Positions 46,223-55,436 of a stretch of DNA of 64,000 bases are shown in pieces. The notes below the pieces were generated by a model. The model was given only the letters and a program-made list of their open reading frames with translations, was not told where the DNA came from and made no database searches. The position numbers and the translations under genes were made by a program. Origin of the DNA: a bacterium (GTDB taxonomy: Bacteria; Vulcanimicrobiota; JABDET01); contig JAKAVV010000013.1 of NCBI GenBank assembly GCA_021817145.1, positions 3,141-67,140 on the forward strand, given 5' to 3'. Numbering within the stretch: the first letter of the stretch is position 1; every line of letters begins with the position of its first letter.

Positions 46223-47677
46223 ATGAAAGAACATCGAATCCACTTTATCGGAATCAGCGGAATCGGAATGAGCGCTATAGCCAAGGTTATGTTGGGTCTT
46301 GGCTATCAAGTCTCAGGCTCTGATTTAAGGGAAACACCGATAACCCTTGCTCTTGAGAAAGAAGGAGCCGCTTTTTACAATGGACACCATAAATCCCAAA
46401 TTCAGAACGTGGATCTGATTGTTGTCAGCTCTGCCATTCCTTCCGACAACCCCGAACTTCTGGAAGCAAAACAGAGAAAAATTCCAATTCTTCAACGAGC
46501 GGAAATGCTCGGCTTTCTCATGAAAGAACGGTTTGGGATCGCGGTTGCGGGAACCCATGGCAAAACAACAACCACTTCCATGATCGCTTTAATCTTTGAA
46601 AAATCGGGACTTGATCCAACTGTTGTCATTGGCGGGGAATTAAATGATTTGGGCAGCAATGCCAAAATTGGAAAAAGCAGCTATCTGATCGCTGAAGCAG
46701 ATGAAAGTGATGCGTCTCTCCTTCATCTGCGCCCCAAAGTAGCTGTCCTGACCTCAATTGACGCCGACGTCAATCCTACTTCTGAAGCTTATGCGCCTTT
46801 CCAGTTTGATTATGATAAAACTTTAAAAAGGGTGGAAGAAGTTTTTTTAGAATTCTTATCCCACGTTCCCGAGAAAGGAAATATCATTCTCTGCCTGGAT
46901 TCCCCTTTCACAAAAAAAATGATCCCTCATCTTTCTTCTTCTGTCACAACTTATGGAATTGAAGAAAAAGCCGATTTAACAGCAGAAAATATTCAACTAG
47001 AGGGGACAAAATCTTCTTTTTCCCTTTTCTTGAAAGGGAAGCCTTTGGGTAAAGTGGAGCTGTCTGTCCCAGGCAAACATAATGTTTTAAATGCCCTTGG
47101 CGCAGCAGGAGCTGCCCTTGCTGTCGGAATACCTTATGATGAAATTGTTCGAGCATTAGAATCATTTCATGGCGTAAAGAGAAGATTCCAAATTATCGGA
47201 AGCCCGAACAATGTGCTGATTGTAGATGATTATGCCCACAACCCAAGCAAAATTAAAGCTACTTTAAGCGCTGCCCGCAGTGGATGGAGCCGCAGAGTGC
47301 TTGCTATTTTTCAACCGCACCGTTTCACCCGCACGAAACTCTTGCAGAAAGAGTTCAGCCATGCTTTTTTAGACGCAGACCTTCTTTTTGTAACCGATAT
47401 TTATGCTGCTGGAGAAGCTCCTATTCCAGGAATCAGCGCAGAAAAACTGACTTCTGAAATTAAAAAATCTCACCCTGAGAAAGAGATCATTTTTGAAGCT
47501 GAGCAGGAAGATTTAATTCAAGATGTTTTGAGAGAAGTAAAATCAGGAGATATGATTTTAACTCTTGGAGCAGGGGATATCCACAAAATTGGGAATCGCA
47601 TTAATGAGATTTTGATGCGCAGTGAGAACAAACCTCAGATACTGCCCCTCGCGCAAATGAAACAGAAGGAACGATAA
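46223..47677 (+). CDS. murC: UDP-N-acetylmuramate--L-alanine ligase MurC
   Basis: ..IHFIGISGIGMSAIA.., ..GTHGKTTTTSM.. Mur ligase motifs. Confidence 0.9.
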   Translation: MKEHRIHFIGISGIGMSAIAKVMLGLGYQVSGSDLRETPITLALEKEGAAFYNGHHKSQIQNVDLIVVSSAIPSDNPELLEAKQRKIPILQRAEMLGFLMKERFGIAVAGTHGKTTTTSMIALIFEKSGLDPTVVIGGELNDLGSNAKIGKSSYLIAEADESDASLLHLRPKVAVLTSIDADVNPTSEAYAPFQFDYDKTLKRVEEVFLEFLSHVPEKGNIILCLDSPFTKKMIPHLSSSVTTYGIEEKADLTAENIQLEGTKSSFSLFLKGKPLGKVELSVPGKHNVLNALGAAGAALAVGIPYDEIVRALESFHGVKRRFQIIGSPNNVLIVDDYAHNPSKIKATLSAARSGWSRRVLAIFQPHRFTRTKLLQKEFSHAFLDADLLFVTDIYAAGEAPIPGISAEKLTSEIKKSHPEKEIIFEAEQEDLIQDVLREVKSGDMILTLGAGDIHKIGNRINEILMRSENKPQILPLAQMKQKER

Positions 47678-48604
47678 ATGGTTGAACTGTTGAAGGGAAA
47701 CCTCTTGAAAAACGCGCCTCTTGACCAGCACACAACTTTTCGAATCGGTGGGAAAGCCGATCTTTTTTTTGTCCCAGAAGATGAAGAGGATTTAAAAAAA
47801 GGGCTTTCTTACTGTTATGAAAAGGAAATTCCCTGGTTCATTCTTGGAAATGGAAGCAATCTTCTTGTTTCAGATGATGGGATCGAAGGGATGGTGATTC
47901 ATCTAGACCACTCGCTTTTCAAAAAAATAACATTTGAAGACAGCCAGATCCGCGCAGGAGCAGGAGTTAAAACAGCAGTTCTGCTCAGAGAGACCCTTGA
48001 AAACGGTTTCGGAGGAATCGAATTCTTAGGAGCAATTCCAGGAACAATGGGAGGAGCTTTTTACATGAATGCAGGCACTTATCTTGGGGAGATTTCCAGT
48101 GTTGTGAAAGAAATTAAAATCCTGGATGAATCGCTGAACACAAAATGGCTTTCAAAAGAAGAACTGGACTATCGCTACAGACACAGCTTGTTTCAAGAGA
48201 AACCATGGGTCATTTTAGAAGGAAAGCTTAATCTACCCCGAGCAGAGAAAATATCCGCGCAGCTGAAAGTTCATGAAATTTTAGAGAGACGGAAGAAGAC
48301 CCAGCCATTAGGGGTTGCCAGCGCAGGCAGCGCATTTAAAAATCCGCCTTCCCGTTCAGCATGGCAGTTAATTGATGCTGCAGGGCTCAGAGGATTTTCA
48401 ATAGGTGATGCCGCAGTTTCTGATGTCCACGCCAATTTCCTGATCAACAAAAACTCTGCAAGCGCAAAAGAAGTCTTAACTCTCATGCGATTCATTCAAA
48501 AAACAGTCTTGGAGAAAACAGGAATCTTATTGGAGCCAGAGATTAAACTGGTAGGAAGGTGGAAAGAGAACTTCTTAACAAAACCATGCGAGGTCGGCAA
48601 ATGA
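47678..48604 (+). CDS. murB: UDP-N-acetylenolpyruvoylglucosamine reductase MurB
   Basis: FAD-binding PCMH domain (..ILGNGSNLLVSDDG..) and the C-terminal MurB domain with ..ASAGSAFKNP.. Confidence 0.9.
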   Translation: MVELLKGNLLKNAPLDQHTTFRIGGKADLFFVPEDEEDLKKGLSYCYEKEIPWFILGNGSNLLVSDDGIEGMVIHLDHSLFKKITFEDSQIRAGAGVKTAVLLRETLENGFGGIEFLGAIPGTMGGAFYMNAGTYLGEISSVVKEIKILDESLNTKWLSKEELDYRYRHSLFQEKPWVILEGKLNLPRAEKISAQLKVHEILERRKKTQPLGVASAGSAFKNPPSRSAWQLIDAAGLRGFSIGDAAVSDVHANFLINKNSASAKEVLTLMRFIQKTVLEKTGILLEPEIKLVGRWKENFLTKPCEVGK

Positions 48605-49311
48605 AATCTCATCTCAGCGAAGCTGGGAATTCAAAAGTTTATCTGCTTGGAATTCTAGCCAGCCTTTTTTTAATCTTGGCAACTCTTCCCTTTTATCGTT
48701 ACAAAGGGATTATCGTAAAATCGCCAGGCATTTCAATTCGAAATTCTCTGTCAAATTTTATTCCCGCCCATGAATCACTGCTTTTCTTCCCCTATTATTC
48801 TATTCAGAAGGAAATTTTGATGGGATTCCCATCTTACTCAAAAGTAAGACTCTATCCCATTATAAAAAATGGGTTCTATCTAAAAGTTCAGCCTGTCAGT
48901 CGGGTTCCTGTCGCCAAGCTCAATCAGAACTGGTGCCTGGATTCTTCCGGCGCTGTATTCAGATGTCGAACGAAAAACTTGCGGCTTGTGAGAATCTCTC
49001 TCCCGATGAAGCTTCGAACGGATTGGCAGATGAAAAGATTACTCTCTAAAATTGAAAAAACTTCTACCCTCCAAATTTCAAAAATACAGATTAATTCAAA
49101 AGGAGATTGGGTCATTTACACAAAAAATGGAATATGTGTGAAACTTGGGCAGGCTCAAGATATGACGAAGAAAATAAAAATTCTACTCCCTATTCTTCAA
49201 GTGGTGCAGCAGGAAAAAATGGCGGTTGCTGACATTGACGTCCGGGTTCCTCAACTGCCTGTTCTGATACGAAATCAGCGAGCAAAAACTCTTTTAAAAG
49301 CCATAAAATGA
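48601..49311 (+). CDS. ftsQ: FtsQ/DivIB-like cell-division protein
   Basis: Single N-terminal TM (..VYLLGILASLFLILATL..) followed by a POTRA-like region. ATGA overlap with the murB stop; start trimmed from the tracker's 48559. Confidence 0.5.
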   Translation: MKSHLSEAGNSKVYLLGILASLFLILATLPFYRYKGIIVKSPGISIRNSLSNFIPAHESLLFFPYYSIQKEILMGFPSYSKVRLYPIIKNGFYLKVQPVSRVPVAKLNQNWCLDSSGAVFRCRTKNLRLVRISLPMKLRTDWQMKRLLSKIEKTSTLQISKIQINSKGDWVIYTKNGICVKLGQAQDMTKKIKILLPILQVVQQEKMAVADIDVRVPQLPVLIRNQRAKTLLKAIK

Positions 49312-50060
49312 AAGGGAAACTAAAAGACTGGATTCTTTTTTTATCTTTAGGCTGTTTCGCTCTTGGGGTTTTGATTGCGTTCCAATTTAAAGGGCAGGAA
49401 AAAGAAGGATTCCCGCTGGCAGCTTATCGTTCTATGGATGTAATTCAGATACTTCAAAACTCCCAGAAACAAAATGCGGCTCTGGAAACCCAAATTTCAA
49501 AATTAAGAACACGATTAACTGAATATGAAATTTCCAGAAGCCAGAAAGGAAGTTTAACGAGAGAATTGGGGAAAGAACTTGAAAAGGCAAGAATGGAAGC
49601 GGGAATGATAGCAGTTAAAGGTCCAGGAATTAAAATCATTTTAAATGACTCCACTCGAAAGCCAAAACCAGGAGAAGGGGATTATTTCTATCTGGTTCAT
49701 GATGTTGATCTGACTGAATTGACAAATGAGCTGTGGTCAGCCGGAGCGGAAGCTATATCCATCAATAATGAAAGGATCATTGCAGACTCTCCAATCCGAT
49801 GTGTTGGACCTGCTGTACTTGTTAATACGCTTCACGTTTCCCCGCCCTACGTCGTGAAAGCAATTGGAAATCCGGCTGCCCTCAGCACAGCATTAGAAAT
49901 GCAGGGAGGATTTTTAGATGTCATGCAGGTTTCTATTGCTCATGGAGTCACAATCCAGCTTACAGAAGAAAAGAAACTGATCATCCCTGCTTATGGAGGA
50001 AGCATGGCATTTCATTATGCCTTGCCAATCTTTAATCGAAAGACTCAAAAGGAACCTTAA
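49308..50060 (+). CDS. DUF881-family division-cluster protein (Bacillus YlxW/YlxX-like)
   Basis: N-terminal TM, coiled coil, then ..GPGIKIILNDS....LVHDVDLTELTNELWSAGAEAISINNERI.. typical of DUF881. ATGA overlap with ftsQ. Confidence 0.6.
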   Translation: MKGKLKDWILFLSLGCFALGVLIAFQFKGQEKEGFPLAAYRSMDVIQILQNSQKQNAALETQISKLRTRLTEYEISRSQKGSLTRELGKELEKARMEAGMIAVKGPGIKIILNDSTRKPKPGEGDYFYLVHDVDLTELTNELWSAGAEAISINNERIIADSPIRCVGPAVLVNTLHVSPPYVVKAIGNPAALSTALEMQGGFLDVMQVSIAHGVTIQLTEEKKLIIPAYGGSMAFHYALPIFNRKTQKEP

Positions 50061-50064
50061 AGAC

Positions 50065-50439
50065 TTGATTTATCTTTTACTCTCTCTCATTCTGGGAATT
50101 ATTGCGGGGATCTTTCTCCCCTTTTCTATTCCCGTGTCTCTCGGTAAATATCTATCAGTCGCTGTGTTAGCTGCTCTAGACAGTATTTTAGGAGGAGGAA
50201 AAGCTGTTTTCGAAAAAAAATTCAACATTTCTCTGTTTGTTTCCGGATTTGTCTCCAACACTTTACTCGCCTTTCTCTTAACTTATATTGGAGATAGATT
50301 AGGGGTTGAACTTTATCTAGCAGCCATTATTACCTTTGGCGTTAGAATTTTTCAAAACCTCTCCATTTTAAGAGTTTATCTTTTTCAAAGTTTTTCCACA
50401 CCTCATCAACAAGGATTTCCAAAATCCTTACCCGAATAA
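50065..50439 (+). CDS. Small membrane protein, Sbp/DUF1290-like (division-cluster small basic protein)
   Basis: In-frame TTG 5 nt after the upstream stop, with AAGGAA about 12 nt upstream. Two or three TM helices. Position between DUF881 and ftsA mirrors Bacillus sbp. Confidence 0.45.
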   Translation: MIYLLLSLILGIIAGIFLPFSIPVSLGKYLSVAVLAALDSILGGGKAVFEKKFNISLFVSGFVSNTLLAFLLTYIGDRLGVELYLAAIITFGVRIFQNLSILRVYLFQSFSTPHQQGFPKSLPE

Positions 50440-50478
50440 CCCGAACGAGATTGACTTTAATATTTGAAGGGAGGGATT

Positions 50479-51714
50479 ATGGCTGCAGTAGGAAGACACA
50501 CCATTGTTTCAGGTCTTGATATTGGAACATCCAAAGTCACTTGTCTGGTCGGGGAGATCAACCAGGAAAACCATATCGAGATTACAGGAAAGGGAACTTC
50601 CCCATCCCAAGGTGTTAAAAAGGGGATCGTTGTTGACATAGGGGAAACTGTAAAATCAATTCAGCAGGCGGTTCGTGAAGCTGAAAGAAGTTCCGGCTTT
50701 AAGATTCACTCTGTTTTTGTCAATGTTACAGGGGAGCATATTGCATCTATCAACAGCCATGGGATTATTACTCTGGCAAACGAAGCAAAAGAGATTACTG
50801 AAGAGGATATGCGCCGTTCTATTGAAGCCGCAAAAGTAGTGAGTCTGCCGGCAGATCGAGAAGTCATCCATGTCATTCCCAGAGGATTCGCTGTGGATGG
50901 GCAAAATGGAATTAAAAATCCTGTTGGCATGTTAGGCATGAAACTTGAGGCAAATACACATATTGTTACAGGCACTGTTACTTTTCTTCATAATTTAACA
51001 AAATGCGTTGAACTGGCAGGACTTGAAATTGAAGAAAATGGAATGGTTTTACAGCCTTTAGCTTCCAGCCTCTCTGTTTTAAATGATGCGGAAAAAGAAT
51101 TGGGAATTATTCTTTTAGATATTGGCGGAGGAACAACCGATCTGGCAATTTTCCGTAATAAACACATTTATCATACTTCTGTGCTGCCAGTAGGAGGATA
51201 TCATATTACCAATGATCTGGCTGTAGCATTCAAGCTTTCTCCAACAGAAGCTGAAAGAATAAAAATAGAATTCGGACATGCCGATCCTTCACAAATTCTA
51301 GAAGATGAAGCCATTGAAGTCACGACTCTTTCAGGAGTCAAAGAAACCATCTCCAGAAAAGCAATTGCAGAAAAGATTTCCCCCCGCATAGAAGAAATAT
51401 TCGCTCTGGTCAAAACGGAAATGGATAAAGCGGCAAGAGAGTTTTCATTGGCTGGTTTAATTTTAACAGGGGGAACAAGCCTGCTCCCAGGGATCTCAAC
51501 TGTCGCAAAACAAATTTTAAAACTGCCTATCCGTGTTGGGTATCCTCTCCCATTAAATGGATCAGTGAATGATGCTATCCATAACCCGCAGTATTCTACT
51601 GGAGTAGGACTGCTGGTTTATGCGGGAAGGAACTTAAACAGCCAGAAAGTCTATCGAAAAAGAGAAAGCTTTTTGGCGCGGATGTTTAGAAACTTATTTA
51701 AAGATTTTTTTTGA
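50479..51714 (+). CDS. ftsA: Cell-division protein FtsA
   Basis: Actin-fold motifs (..VSGLDIGTSKV.., ..LDIGGGTTDLAIF.., ..LTGGTSLLPGI..). GGAGGG RBS before the ATG at 50479. Confidence 0.9.
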   Translation: MAAVGRHTIVSGLDIGTSKVTCLVGEINQENHIEITGKGTSPSQGVKKGIVVDIGETVKSIQQAVREAERSSGFKIHSVFVNVTGEHIASINSHGIITLANEAKEITEEDMRRSIEAAKVVSLPADREVIHVIPRGFAVDGQNGIKNPVGMLGMKLEANTHIVTGTVTFLHNLTKCVELAGLEIEENGMVLQPLASSLSVLNDAEKELGIILLDIGGGTTDLAIFRNKHIYHTSVLPVGGYHITNDLAVAFKLSPTEAERIKIEFGHADPSQILEDEAIEVTTLSGVKETISRKAIAEKISPRIEEIFALVKTEMDKAAREFSLAGLILTGGTSLLPGISTVAKQILKLPIRVGYPLPLNGSVNDAIHNPQYSTGVGLLVYAGRNLNSQKVYRKRESFLARMFRNLFKDFF

Positions 51715-51768
51715 GCGCCATAAAAGGCTCCTTCAAAGCCCTTTATGAAATAAAGGAGGAAACAGTTC

Positions 51769-52854
51769 ATGGAAAACATAGAAAAAAATTCAAAGAAGGA
51801 AAAAATGCAGCCTTTTGCCGGAATTAAAGTGGTTGGTGTCGGAGGGGCAGGGTGCAATGCAGTAACCCGAATGGTGGAAGCTGGACTTAAAGGGGTAGAA
51901 TTCGTTGCCATTAACACAGATGCCCAGGCTCTTTTCTTGTGCAATGTTGATAAAAGGGTGCATATTGGAGGAAATCTAACAAGAGGGCTTGGAGCAGGTG
52001 CTAACAGCGATATTGGTAAACAAGCTTGTGAAGAAAACTCAGAAGAGATTTTGAAAGCTCTTGAAGGATCTGATATGGTTTTTATTACAGCCGGAATGGG
52101 TGGAGGAACAGGAACAGGAGCTTCCCCTGTTATCGCTGATCTGGCTAAACAATCAGGAGCATTAACTGTAGCTGTTGTGACAAAACCATTTACTTTTGAA
52201 GGAAAGGTCAGGATGACCACTGCTGAAAAAGGAGCTCAAGAATTAGAGCAGAAAGTCGATGCCTTAATCACAATCCCAAATGATCGCCTCCTGCAAATTG
52301 TTGAAAGACGAACTCCTTTAGTCGATGCGTTTAAAGCTGCTGATGACATTCTAAGACAAGGAGTGCAAGGGATTTCAGATCTCATCACAAAACCAGGTTT
52401 AATCAATTTGGATTTTGCCGATGTTCAAGCCATTATGAGCAGCGCTGGTTCTGCTTTAATGGGAATTGGAAGAGGAACTGGAGAACACAGAGCTCAAGAA
52501 GCGGCTAAAAGCGCTATTGCCAGCCCACTCCTTGAAACCAGTATTGATGGAGCAAAAGGGATCCTTTTCAGTATTGCTGGAGGGACTGATTTGACGTTAA
52601 CAGAAGTTAATGAAGCAGCAGAAGTTATTTCTCCTGTCGTGGACCCTGAAGCAAGAATTATTTTCGGAACAGTCATTGATGAAAAACTTCAAGGAGAAGT
52701 TGTGGTAACGGTTATTGCCACAGGATTTGGTTCAAGAAATATTCCATTTTCCGAGCGGAGAATTTTTGACTCTTCTGAAGCAGAAATCAAGCCCATGGAA
52801 GTAAAGCCTTTCCTGGCTGATCTGGATATTCCAGCTTTTTTAAGAAGAAGGTGA
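51769..52854 (+). CDS. ftsZ: Cell-division GTPase FtsZ
   Basis: Tubulin signature GGGTGTG in ..[16 protein letters not shown]... 361 aa. Confidence 0.95.
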   Translation: MENIEKNSKKEKMQPFAGIKVVGVGGAGCNAVTRMVEAGLKGVEFVAINTDAQALFLCNVDKRVHIGGNLTRGLGAGANSDIGKQACEENSEEILKALEGSDMVFITAGMGGGTGTGASPVIADLAKQSGALTVAVVTKPFTFEGKVRMTTAEKGAQELEQKVDALITIPNDRLLQIVERRTPLVDAFKAADDILRQGVQGISDLITKPGLINLDFADVQAIMSSAGSALMGIGRGTGEHRAQEAAKSAIASPLLETSIDGAKGILFSIAGGTDLTLTEVNEAAEVISPVVDPEARIIFGTVIDEKLQGEVVVTVIATGFGSRNIPFSERRIFDSSEAEIKPMEVKPFLADLDIPAFLRRR

Positions 52855-52898
52855 CAGAAGGAGTTTCCCAGGTCAAGGTAGAATGAATATTCTACCCG

Positions 52899-53429
52899 AT
52901 GAAAAAGATACTTGTACTGGCAATTGTTGGCTTTCTAATGGCGAAAGCAGTCGCTGCTTCTCCTTTTCGCAGCTTAAAGCGGACTTCTTTAGGTTATTCT
53001 GTCCTTTTGCAAAAGAGAAATCATGTTTTACTTTTTGAACCTTCACCTCTTAAGACAAACTATCCCCTAAAAAAAGACAGCCAGGGAAGAGGGCTGTTCT
53101 CTCCACTCTCTTTATTTCGAAGATTTTTTTTATGGGGGAAAACTCTTTATTCCAAAAACCACAAGCTTAAACCTGCTGCAAAAGGGGGGGCTTTAGGTGT
53201 TTATTACCATTTTGGTCCTAAATTTTTGTTAAATGGAAAATATGTTGTTCTGAACGACAAACGGGTTGGAAATTTTTACCAAGAAATGAACTTTCCTCTT
53301 TTAAAAGCAGAGTATTGGTTTAATGCCAGAACAAGAATCTCGATTAGTTATAAAAATGTGGAAACTGGACCAGGAAGTTATCCCTCTGCAACCCAGCGAA
53401 CAACAGCGAAACTAAGAGTTAACTTTTAA
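52899..53429 (+). CDS. Putative outer-membrane beta-barrel protein (signal peptide; C-terminal ..LRVNF)
   Basis: N-terminal signal peptide MKKILVLAIVGFLMAKAVAASP. Alternating-hydrophobic C-terminal strand ending in Phe (..TAKLRVNF), as in beta-barrel outer-membrane proteins. Confidence 0.45.
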   Translation: MKKILVLAIVGFLMAKAVAASPFRSLKRTSLGYSVLLQKRNHVLLFEPSPLKTNYPLKKDSQGRGLFSPLSLFRRFFLWGKTLYSKNHKLKPAAKGGALGVYYHFGPKFLLNGKYVVLNDKRVGNFYQEMNFPLLKAEYWFNARTRISISYKNVETGPGSYPSATQRTTAKLRVNF

Positions 53430-53433
53430 TCTT

Positions 53434-53673
53434 TTAAACTTGCCTTTTAGACTTTAAAGAATGGCTGGCTTTTTGAATAGCAGTAGATGAAGACTGCTGA
53501 GCAAGAAAGTTTTCTTTTTGAATTTCTGTCCAAACCTCTTCTCTATGCACAGAAACATGACCAGGAGCAGAAATCCCAAGTTTTACTTTTCCTTGAGAGA
53601 CTTCAATAATGGTAATTTTAATTTCATCCCCAATCATCACGGATTGATTCACTTTTCTTGCCAGCACCAGCAT
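53434..53673 (-). CDS. csrA: Carbon storage regulator CsrA
   Basis: MLVLARKVNQSVMIGDEIKITIIEVSQGKVKLGISAPGHVSVHREEVW is near-consensus CsrA. Confidence 0.9.
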   Translation of the reverse strand: MLVLARKVNQSVMIGDEIKITIIEVSQGKVKLGISAPGHVSVHREEVWTEIQKENFLAQQSSSTAIQKASHSLKSKRQV

Positions 53674-54057
53674 TTAACTCAGCCTCTCCTCCTCTAGAAA
53701 ACTCCCAACCGCTTCAACCAGTTCATCCGGATCATAAGGTTTCATAAAGTACTCTTTAATCCCACAGCCATTTAACTTTAACAGATCGTATTCATTCCCA
53801 AATGTTCCACTGGTAATAATGACTGGAATACCTGAAAATTCTGGTATGTTTTTTAAATCTTTTAGAAAACTTAACCCATCCATTTCAGGAAGCCATAAAT
53901 CCAGAATAATTAAATCAGCTTTTTCCTCTAAGAGATAATGAATGGCATCAGACGGGTTATCCACACAGGCAACAGAGTAATTTTTTAATTCGAGAGAGGA
54001 CTTTACAATAGTCTGATGATCCTTATTGTCTTCAATCACCAGAATTTTTTTCTTCAT
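53674..54057 (-). CDS. Single-domain response regulator (CheY-like receiver)
   Basis: ..KILVIEDNKDH.., phospho-acceptor D in ..ADLIILDLWLPEMDG.., ..PVIITSG.., K in ..EYFMKP.. Confidence 0.8.
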   Translation of the reverse strand: MKKKILVIEDNKDHQTIVKSSLELKNYSVACVDNPSDAIHYLLEEKADLIILDLWLPEMDGLSFLKDLKNIPEFSGIPVIITSGTFGNEYDLLKLNGCGIKEYFMKPYDPDELVEAVGSFLEEERLS

Positions 54058-54074
54058 CTATTCCTCTCCTTTAA

Positions 54075-55436
54075 TTAGCGGCTGCCAACAAGAGACATTT
54101 GAGCAGAGGCTGAACTTCTTCTGGAAGCAGGTAAAACCAGAGTAAAAGTGCTTCCCACTCCTTCCTGGCTAACCACCTCAATTTCACCCCCCAATTTTTC
54201 GGTTAATTTCTTGACAATATACAATCCCAGCCCTGTGGTTGAGCCTTGTTTTTTAATCTTCGAAAACTTTTCGAAAATAAGCTCTTTATCCTCATTTCGA
54301 ATTCCAGGTCCTGAATCAGAAATAGAGATATTAACCTTTTCATTTTTTTCAAAAGAGGCAATTTTAACAGCTTCTCCTGAGCGACTGAATTTAATGGCAT
54401 TAGAAAGCAGATTCGTTATGATTTCATGAATTTTGTCTTTGTCAGAATCCACCCACAGATTGTCTTTAGCCTCAACAGACAAAACCAAATTTTTCCCTTT
54501 TGCTAAAGAAGAGAGATTTTCAGCCACTTCATCTAAAACCGCTTTTATTTTCACAGGCTCAGAGAGCACAAGAATTTTCCCCTCCTCCATTCGGGCTGTT
54601 TCAAGTAAATTGTTAATTAACAAAAGCATCCCTTTCCCTGAACGAATCAGGGCTGCAAGAAACTTCTGTCTATCTTCCTCTGTAACGCACAGTTTCTGAT
54701 TCTGCAGCAGTCCCGCATATCCCAGAATAGAGGAAAGAGGGGAACGCAGATCATGGGTAATCATGGCGATCATTTCCTCTCGCAATTTTTCTACCTCTTT
54801 TTGAGCGGTAATATCTTTTACGGTAACAATCATCTGTCCAGGAGTTTTATCATCCTGTTTTAGAGAAGAAATGCTGAGAAAAGCAGGGAACTCTTTTCCA
54901 TTAGAAACTCCCACTTTGCAGTCTAAAAGATTAACGGTATTTTTCCCGTTAAAAGTGAGGAAATCTATTAATTTTGCCCCTGAGTAAAAATTCAATGCTT
55001 CTCCATAAGGCTTACCCAAAACATCCTCTTTTTCCAGGTTCGTTAATTTTTCCATTGAACCATTCCAAAAGCCGATCATGCCTGTTTCGTCCAGTGTAAG
55101 AATTCCATCTGGAGCCCCATTTAAAACCGCTTCAAACTTTTGTTTTTCGAGTCGAAGAGAGAGGGATAAATCTTGATAGATTCGGGATAAATATTTGACC
55201 TCTTCTTCCCGATCCACCTCTTTTTTAGAAAAAGAAGCCGGCTGAAATTTCCACAATCCGGTTAGAAACACCCCCATTCTCCAGGAAATAAAAAGAATGA
55301 TCCCTTGAATCCACCAGGTCGGCTTTACTTTAAAAAAAAGAAAAGGAGGATGGGAATGAATAAGGTAAAACTCCCACAAATAACCGAAAAAAGCTGCTGC
55401 TGAAGCGGTAAGGAAAACTCGTTTCTGGCGGCTCAT
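54075..55436 (-). CDS. PAS-domain sensor histidine kinase
   Basis: N-terminal TM segments, a PAS domain (..GILTLDETGMIGFWNGSMEKLTNL..), HisKA H-box ..ITHDLRSPLSSI.., and HATPase_c N/G1/G2 boxes. Start trimmed to MSRQKRV. Confidence 0.8.
   Translation of the reverse strand: MSRQKRVFLTASAAAFFGYLWEFYLIHSHPPFLFFKVKPTWWIQGIILFISWRMGVFLTGLWKFQPASFSKKEVDREEEVKYLSRIYQDLSLSLRLEKQKFEAVLNGAPDGILTLDETGMIGFWNGSMEKLTNLEKEDVLGKPYGEALNFYSGAKLIDFLTFNGKNTVNLLDCKVGVSNGKEFPAFLSISSLKQDDKTPGQMIVTVKDITAQKEVEKLREEMIAMITHDLRSPLSSILGYAGLLQNQKLCVTEEDRQKFLAALIRSGKGMLLLINNLLETARMEEGKILVLSEPVKIKAVLDEVAENLSSLAKGKNLVLSVEAKDNLWVDSDKDKIHEIITNLLSNAIKFSRSGEAVKIASFEKNEKVNISISDSGPGIRNEDKELIFEKFSKIKKQGSTTGLGLYIVKKLTEKLGGEIEVVSQEGVGSTFTLVLPASRRSSASAQMSLVGSR

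Noticed and set aside
51651-52220. 189-aa minus-strand ORF antisense to ftsZ
   Set aside because: It overlaps the unambiguous ftsZ gene, and its Pro/Ala/Ser-rich product is typical of antisense translation of a Gly/Ala-rich gene.
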